From contig NZ_JAHTBK010000001.1 of NCBI RefSeq assembly GCF_020177575.1, forward strand, positions 1,259,875 to 1,299,874: 40,000 nt of DNA, given 5' to 3'. The notes under the pieces were generated by a model. It was not told where the DNA came from. It worked only from the letters and a program-made list of their open reading frames with translations, and did not search any database. Shown here piece by piece: positions 35,966-40,000 of the stretch. The first letter of the stretch is position 1; each line of letters starts with the position of its first letter. A program made the translations under genes and the position numbers. This stretch comes from Hasllibacter sp. MH4015 (lineage in GTDB: Bacteria > Pseudomonadota > Alphaproteobacteria > Rhodobacterales > Rhodobacteraceae).

Positions 35966-37333
35966 ATGGAGAGCTGCATGACCGATCACATGCGCGGTCG
36001 CGCCTGCGGAATTGAACGACTTTACCTTGATTTCGACAGCTTTTTCGCGACCGCCGAACAGCATTTCAATCCCGCCCTGCGCGGACGTCCCGTCGGCGTG
36101 GTGCCGCTCGATTCGCCAAATACCGGCTGTATCGCCATCAGTCGGGAAGCCAAGGCGCGTGGGCTCAGGGGCAACGCGCCCATCGCAGAAGCGCGCGCGG
36201 CCATTCCCGAGATGGTGTTCGTCGTTGCGCGTCATGATGTCTATGTGCGGCTGCATGATCGCATTCTGGAGGTGATCGAAAGCTGCCTCCCCATTGCCCA
36301 TGTACGATCAATTGATGAGTTGGTCTGCGAATTGCTGCCCAGCGAAGCGGCGGAGGGACAGGGCGTGGCGGAGCGTATCAAGCGTGCGCTCGCAGAGAAT
36401 TTTAGTGACGTGCTGACGTGCTCTATCGGAATGGCCCCGACCGAGCTGCTCGCCAAGATCGCCGCCGAAAAAAGCAAGCCGGATGGTTTCGCCTTGCTTC
36501 AGGCTGCCGATCTTCCTGAAGCGTTGAGCGATCTGAAGCTTCGTAAGCTGCCTGGTATCTCGGAAGGGATTGAACAACGCCTGGCTGCGGCCGACGTAAC
36601 AGATTTTTCGGGGCTTTGGGCGCTGGCCCCAAAACAGGCCCGTGCGATCTGGGGCAACGTGGAAGGTGAACGCTTCTGGAATGGCTTGCACGGCTATCAT
36701 TCGGAGCGTCCGGAGACGAAGAAGCGGATGTTCGGCCATTCACGCATGTTACCATTGGACTGGCGCGACAACGCAAAGATTGCAATCTGCGCGCGACAGC
36801 TAGGCCTCAGCGCGGGACGCCGCCTTCGCCGGGCTGAGCTGCGAGCCACGAAGCTGACGCTGAGCTTCCGCGGCGGCGGCTACCGCACCCGCACCGCAAG
36901 CAAGAGCGACACCCTACGCTGGCAACGAGAATACGGCTTTCCCCCAGCGCAGGACGACCAGTGTTTCCTGAAAACGCTTGCGAGAGGGCTGGACGAGGCA
37001 AGGTCTTCACGCGGCTTCAAACCACGTTCAGTCAGCGTCATGCTGCATGGCTTGGTAGACGACGCGTCGGCCACAGGCGATCTATTCGACCTGCCGGGTG
37101 CCGCAGCGCATGACCGGTCCAACGCGGTAGAACGCCAAAAATGGGAACGCGTGAGCGCGGTCATGGACCGCCTCCGGCATGACCTGGGTCCCGAAGCCAT
37201 CTCTTTAGGACCGAAGGCAGAGGTTCCTGGCGGGTATCTAGGCGCGAAGATCGCCTTCGGACGTATTCCCGATCGGGAAGATTTTAACTCTGCACCCGTA
37301 CCGGATGAACAGACCCACTTCTGTTCCTTCTAA
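35966..37333 (+). CDS. Y-family DNA polymerase (DinB/UmuC-like translesion polymerase)
   Basis: LYLDFDSFFATAEQ (catalytic Asp motif), GVVPL, SIDELVCEL (SIDE motif), and the IGMAPTELLAKIAAEKSKPDG helix-hairpin-helix region. The ATG at 35978 (GGAGAG ribosome-binding site) is an alternative start. Confidence 0.85.
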   Translation: MESCMTDHMRGRACGIERLYLDFDSFFATAEQHFNPALRGRPVGVVPLDSPNTGCIAISREAKARGLRGNAPIAEARAAIPEMVFVVARHDVYVRLHDRILEVIESCLPIAHVRSIDELVCELLPSEAAEGQGVAERIKRALAENFSDVLTCSIGMAPTELLAKIAAEKSKPDGFALLQAADLPEALSDLKLRKLPGISEGIEQRLAAADVTDFSGLWALAPKQARAIWGNVEGERFWNGLHGYHSERPETKKRMFGHSRMLPLDWRDNAKIAICARQLGLSAGRRLRRAELRATKLTLSFRGGGYRTRTASKSDTLRWQREYGFPPAQDDQCFLKTLARGLDEARSSRGFKPRSVSVMLHGLVDDASATGDLFDLPGAAAHDRSNAVERQKWERVSAVMDRLRHDLGPEAISLGPKAEVPGGYLGAKIAFGRIPDREDFNSAPVPDEQTHFCSF

Positions 37334-37341
37334 CACAACGA

Positions 37342-38133
37342 TCACTGCCCCGGCGACGCCGAATAGCGCGCGGCCCAGGAATGGAATTCAGAGGTCACAT
37401 CGTCCGGCTTCTCGCTTAATTCCAGCCAGGGAAGTTCGTCCAGAATAGTCCATAGATGACTTTGACTGCTCGGTGGCCAGTCATCCATAAGTTTTGTCAG
37501 ACCCGATGGCAGGCGTCTTTCTGCATCGGCGGCCGAGTAATAGAGCGCGAATGGCGCTGCGTTTAGCATGGCGACCAGATCTGCGACCTCGAACAATAAC
37601 ATCCGATCATCATGATTGCCGACATGCGAGATGACGTCGACTTTCTTAAGCAACGCTCGACCCCGGGCTACGGTCTGAGTGGTCGACAAAACAAAACTGA
37701 CGGACAGCGTCAGTACCACCATACCATTCACACCGACAAGCACGCCAAGAAGAGACCAACCGGCGCTTCGAGGTTCAGTTATGCCACCCCCGACGGTCGA
37801 CAGGAGATGACCGACATGGGATGCGATACCGGTGAGCGACGCTGCTGACTGCGTATCCGAATTGACCACAGCGTCTTCCACTCCGGCGAACACCAGCGTC
37901 CATCCACTCGCGTGTCCGACGATCCACCAGGTTGCGATCGCCGACATCACCGCAACTCCGGACAGCCGGTGCTTCAGGTCCCCATCCGGGAACCGTCTCA
38001 CGACGGCGAAGGCGCCGCGTGCGACGAATTTCGAGATTGGGCTAAAGGACGCTGCTCCGATCGTCGTGACCAAGAAGTCGAAGACGACGAGGCCGATCAA
38101 CAAGAGCCCGATTAAAGTGACGATCAAATCCAC
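37342..38133 (-). CDS. Membrane protein with a K-channel-like pore module (filter-like STVGGG)
   Basis: GTG start, three predicted TM segments. HVGHLLSTVGGGITEPRSAGWSLLGVLVGVNGMVVL resembles pore helix, TVGYGD filter and inner helix. The soluble C-terminal about 100 aa is of unknown fold. Confidence 0.6.
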   Translation of the reverse strand: MDLIVTLIGLLLIGLVVFDFLVTTIGAASFSPISKFVARGAFAVVRRFPDGDLKHRLSGVAVMSAIATWWIVGHASGWTLVFAGVEDAVVNSDTQSAASLTGIASHVGHLLSTVGGGITEPRSAGWSLLGVLVGVNGMVVLTLSVSFVLSTTQTVARGRALLKKVDVISHVGNHDDRMLLFEVADLVAMLNAAPFALYYSAADAERRLPSGLTKLMDDWPPSSQSHLWTILDELPWLELSEKPDDVTSEFHSWAARYSASPGQ

Positions 38134-38341
38134 TTCTATTCCCTTGAATCGTCACGGCGACCAAAGACATATCACGCAGCGCCTCACGAGCGGCTCTTAA
38201 GCCATCTGTCACGGACAGTTCGAACAACAGGTTGATCAGGATCTGCGCCCATTCACGGATTGCTAGGTCGATCGGACCAGCGTGCCGTCAAGCTATATTG
38301 AAATGGCTTCCATCAGACAAAGTAGTCTTTTCATCAAACCC

Positions 38342-38370
38342 GCGCAGGTCTTGACGGTCCTGCGCTTTTT
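38342..38370 (+). terminator. Terminator-like hairpin GCGCAGG-(10 nt)-CCTGCGC + TTTTT in the catalase leader
   Basis: A 7-bp stem and a 5-T run read from the sequence. It ends 25 nt upstream of the catalase ATG and just before its GGAGG ribosome-binding site. Confidence 0.35.
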
Positions 38371-38395
38371 GGCGCGCGTGACTGGAGGATGCTTG

Positions 38396-40000
38396 ATGGC
38401 GAAAATAGATGACGTTGAACTCGATAAGGGTGGTGCGCCACACCAGACGACGGCAGATGGCTACGACCCCCTGACGACGCAACAGGGTGTGCCGGTTGGG
38501 GATGATCAGAACCATCTGAAAGCCGGGGCGCGGGGCCCAATGCTCGTCGAGGACTTTCATTTTCGAGAGAAGATCTTTCACTTTGACCATGAGCGCATTC
38601 CCGAACGGGTCGTGCATGCCCGCGGTTATGGGATGCGCGGTTACTTCGAACTGACTGACGACCTGTCCAACGTGACGGATGCGAAAGTTTTGACCGAAGT
38701 CGGCACAAAAACGCCTGCCTTCATGCGTCTGTCGACCGTGGCCGGCAGCGCAGGCTCGCCGGACCTTGTGCGCGATGTGCGCGGCTTTGCGGTCAAACTT
38801 TATACCAGCCAAGGTAATTGGGACCTGGTCGGCAACAATATTCCGGTGTTCTTTATCCAGGACGCGATTAAGTTCCCTGATCTCATCCATTCGGTCAAGC
38901 CGGCCCCGGATCGCGGCTTTCCGCAAGCGCAGTCGGCGCATGACAATTTCTGGGATTTTGTCTCATTAACACCAGAAAGCATGCACATGGTTATGTGGCA
39001 TGTTTCGGACAGGACGATCCCCCGATCTTTTCGATTTATGGAGGGGTTCGGCGTGCACACCTTCCGGCTGTTGAAGGGCGATCAATCGACGTTCGTGAAG
39101 TTTCACTGGAAGCCGAAGCTCGGGATGCAATCAGTACTCTGGAACGAAGCGGTGAAGATCAATGGTGCCGATCCCGACTACCATCGACGCGACATCTGGA
39201 ATGCGATCGAAACGGGCGATTATCCGGAATGGGAGTTGGGTGTTCAACTCTTCGATCAGGAATTCGCCGACAGTTTCGCCTTCGACGTTCTCGACCCGAC
39301 AAAGATTATCCCAGAGGAAGAGGTGCCTGTCCGCATCATTGGGCGGCTCGTTCTGGACGAGAATGTCGACAATTTCTTTGCAGAGACGGAGCAGGTGGCC
39401 TTCTGTACGCAGAACGTCGTGCGCGGTATCGGATTTACAAACGATCCGCTGCTTCAGGGACGCAACTTCTCCTATCTCGACACGCAGTTGAAGCGGCTCG
39501 GTGGGCCGAACTTCACCCATATCCCAGTCAATGCTCCGAAATGTCCCTTCGCGAATTTCCAGCAGGACGGCCACATGGCCATGTGCAACCCGAGCGGTCG
39601 CGCGAACTACGAACCCAATAGCTGGGGGACTGACGAGGGCGGTCCTCGAGAAAATCCGGAGAACGGATACAAGCACCATCCGCAGGAGGTGAGCGGCGAG
39701 GCGGTTAAGCTGCGCCCGGAAAGCTTCGCCGATCACTACAGTCAGGCGCGGCAGTTCTATATCAGCCAGACGGAGGTCGAACAGGGGCATATGCAAGATG
39801 CGTTGGCGTTCGAGCTGAGCAAGGTCGAACGCGCCGACATTCGCGAACGGGTGGTGGCACATCTGCGCAACATCGATGAAGGCCTGGCGGAAAGCGTTGC
39901 TGACGCGCTTGGCATGGACCTGCCCGATGCGATTGAACCCCTCGTTGAGCCGGATCGGTCCCTGGACGCTTCGGATGCGTTGAGCATACTGAAGAACGGT
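38396..40000 (+). CDS. katE: Catalase, large-subunit (HPII/KatE-like) type; 3' end lies beyond the window
   Basis: My own translation: [13 protein letters not shown]...[34 protein letters not shown]...[42 protein letters not shown]...[16 protein letters not shown]. The frame is open for 535 codons to nt 40000. Not in the ORF track because it has no stop in the window. GGAGG ribosome-binding site. Confidence 0.93.
   Translation, partial: MAKIDDVELDKGGAPHQTTADGYDPLTTQQGVPVGDDQNHLKAGARGPMLVEDFHFREKIFHFDHERIPERVVHARGYGMRGYFELTDDLSNVTDAKVLTEVGTKTPAFMRLSTVAGSAGSPDLVRDVRGFAVKLYTSQGNWDLVGNNIPVFFIQDAIKFPDLIHSVKPAPDRGFPQAQSAHDNFWDFVSLTPESMHMVMWHVSDRTIPRSFRFMEGFGVHTFRLLKGDQSTFVKFHWKPKLGMQSVLWNEAVKINGADPDYHRRDIWNAIETGDYPEWELGVQLFDQEFADSFAFDVLDPTKIIPEEEVPVRIIGRLVLDENVDNFFAETEQVAFCTQNVVRGIGFTNDPLLQGRNFSYLDTQLKRLGGPNFTHIPVNAPKCPFANFQQDGHMAMCNPSGRANYEPNSWGTDEGGPRENPENGYKHHPQEVSGEAVKLRPESFADHYSQARQFYISQTEVEQGHMQDALAFELSKVERADIRERVVAHLRNIDEGLAESVADALGMDLPDAIEPLVEPDRSLDASDALSILKNG

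Noticed and set aside
35879-36301. 140-aa minus-strand ORF overlapping the polymerase 5' region
   Set aside because: It is antisense to the Y-family polymerase, would run across the SOS box, and has no motif support.
38303-38395. Possible 31-codon N-terminal extension of the catalase (in-frame ATG at 38303)
   Set aside because: There is no ribosome-binding site before 38303, whereas GGAGG precedes 38396. The extension would be translated through a terminator-like hairpin and has no signal-peptide character. It is kept only as an alternative.
38288-39862. Minus-strand ORFs 38288-38941 (217 aa) and 39131-39862 (243 aa)
   Set aside because: Both lie antisense to the catalase reading frame, which has overwhelming motif support.
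1-40000. CRISPR arrays, rRNA genes, long tandem repeats, integron attC sites
   Set aside because: Reading through all intergenic regions showed no regularly spaced direct repeats and no rRNA-like sequence. This was a visual scan only, so short or degenerate repeats could have been missed.

Overview
High-GC alphaproteobacterial (Rhodobacterales-like, inferred) chromosomal segment. My counts on single 60-nt lines give 72% GC at 10321-10380, against 43-55% in several stretches after 26.9 kb. There are four blocks. (i) 1-14.7 kb is a tightly packed catabolic supercluster containing two IclR regulators (one at 2.6-3.4 kb, one at its right end): a TPP enzyme, an aspartate-dehydrogenase-like protein, an aldehyde dehydrogenase, two class-A flavin hydroxylases, a DctPQM-type TRAP transporter translationally coupled to a signal-peptide-less Cys-type sulfatase, and a five-gene minus-strand operon (bicupin, 108-aa unknown, Rieske oxygenase, SDR, pentapeptide-repeat protein). 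(ii) 14.8-23.6 kb is an ordinary purine-oxidation block (xdhA-xdhB-xdhC, permease, guaD) with a divergent LysR regulator. (iii) 23.6-29.2 kb holds loosely spaced accessory genes: a LysR regulator, a META-domain protein, a small lipoprotein, a prokaryotic ionotropic-glutamate-receptor-like channel and a CPBP protease. (iv) From 29.45 kb to the window end is a lower-GC mosaic that starts at a 20-codon remnant of the 5' end of dusA, a known island integration site. It carries a decayed IS3-family element, an RHH protein plus a PHB-depolymerase-family esterase, a twice-frameshifted C45 peptidase, an MgtC-family protein, a PAS/HisKA_2 kinase, a Y-family DNA polymerase behind an alphaproteobacterial LexA box, a K-channel-like membrane protein and a large-subunit catalase. 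The catalase runs off the window end, so it is absent from the supplied ORF track. Many long ORFs in the track are antisense shadows typical of high-GC DNA. I saw no rRNA, convincing tRNA or CRISPR array. I found no clear-cut new system. The best candidates are the TRAP-sulfatase-oxygenase cluster and the dusA-anchored island.
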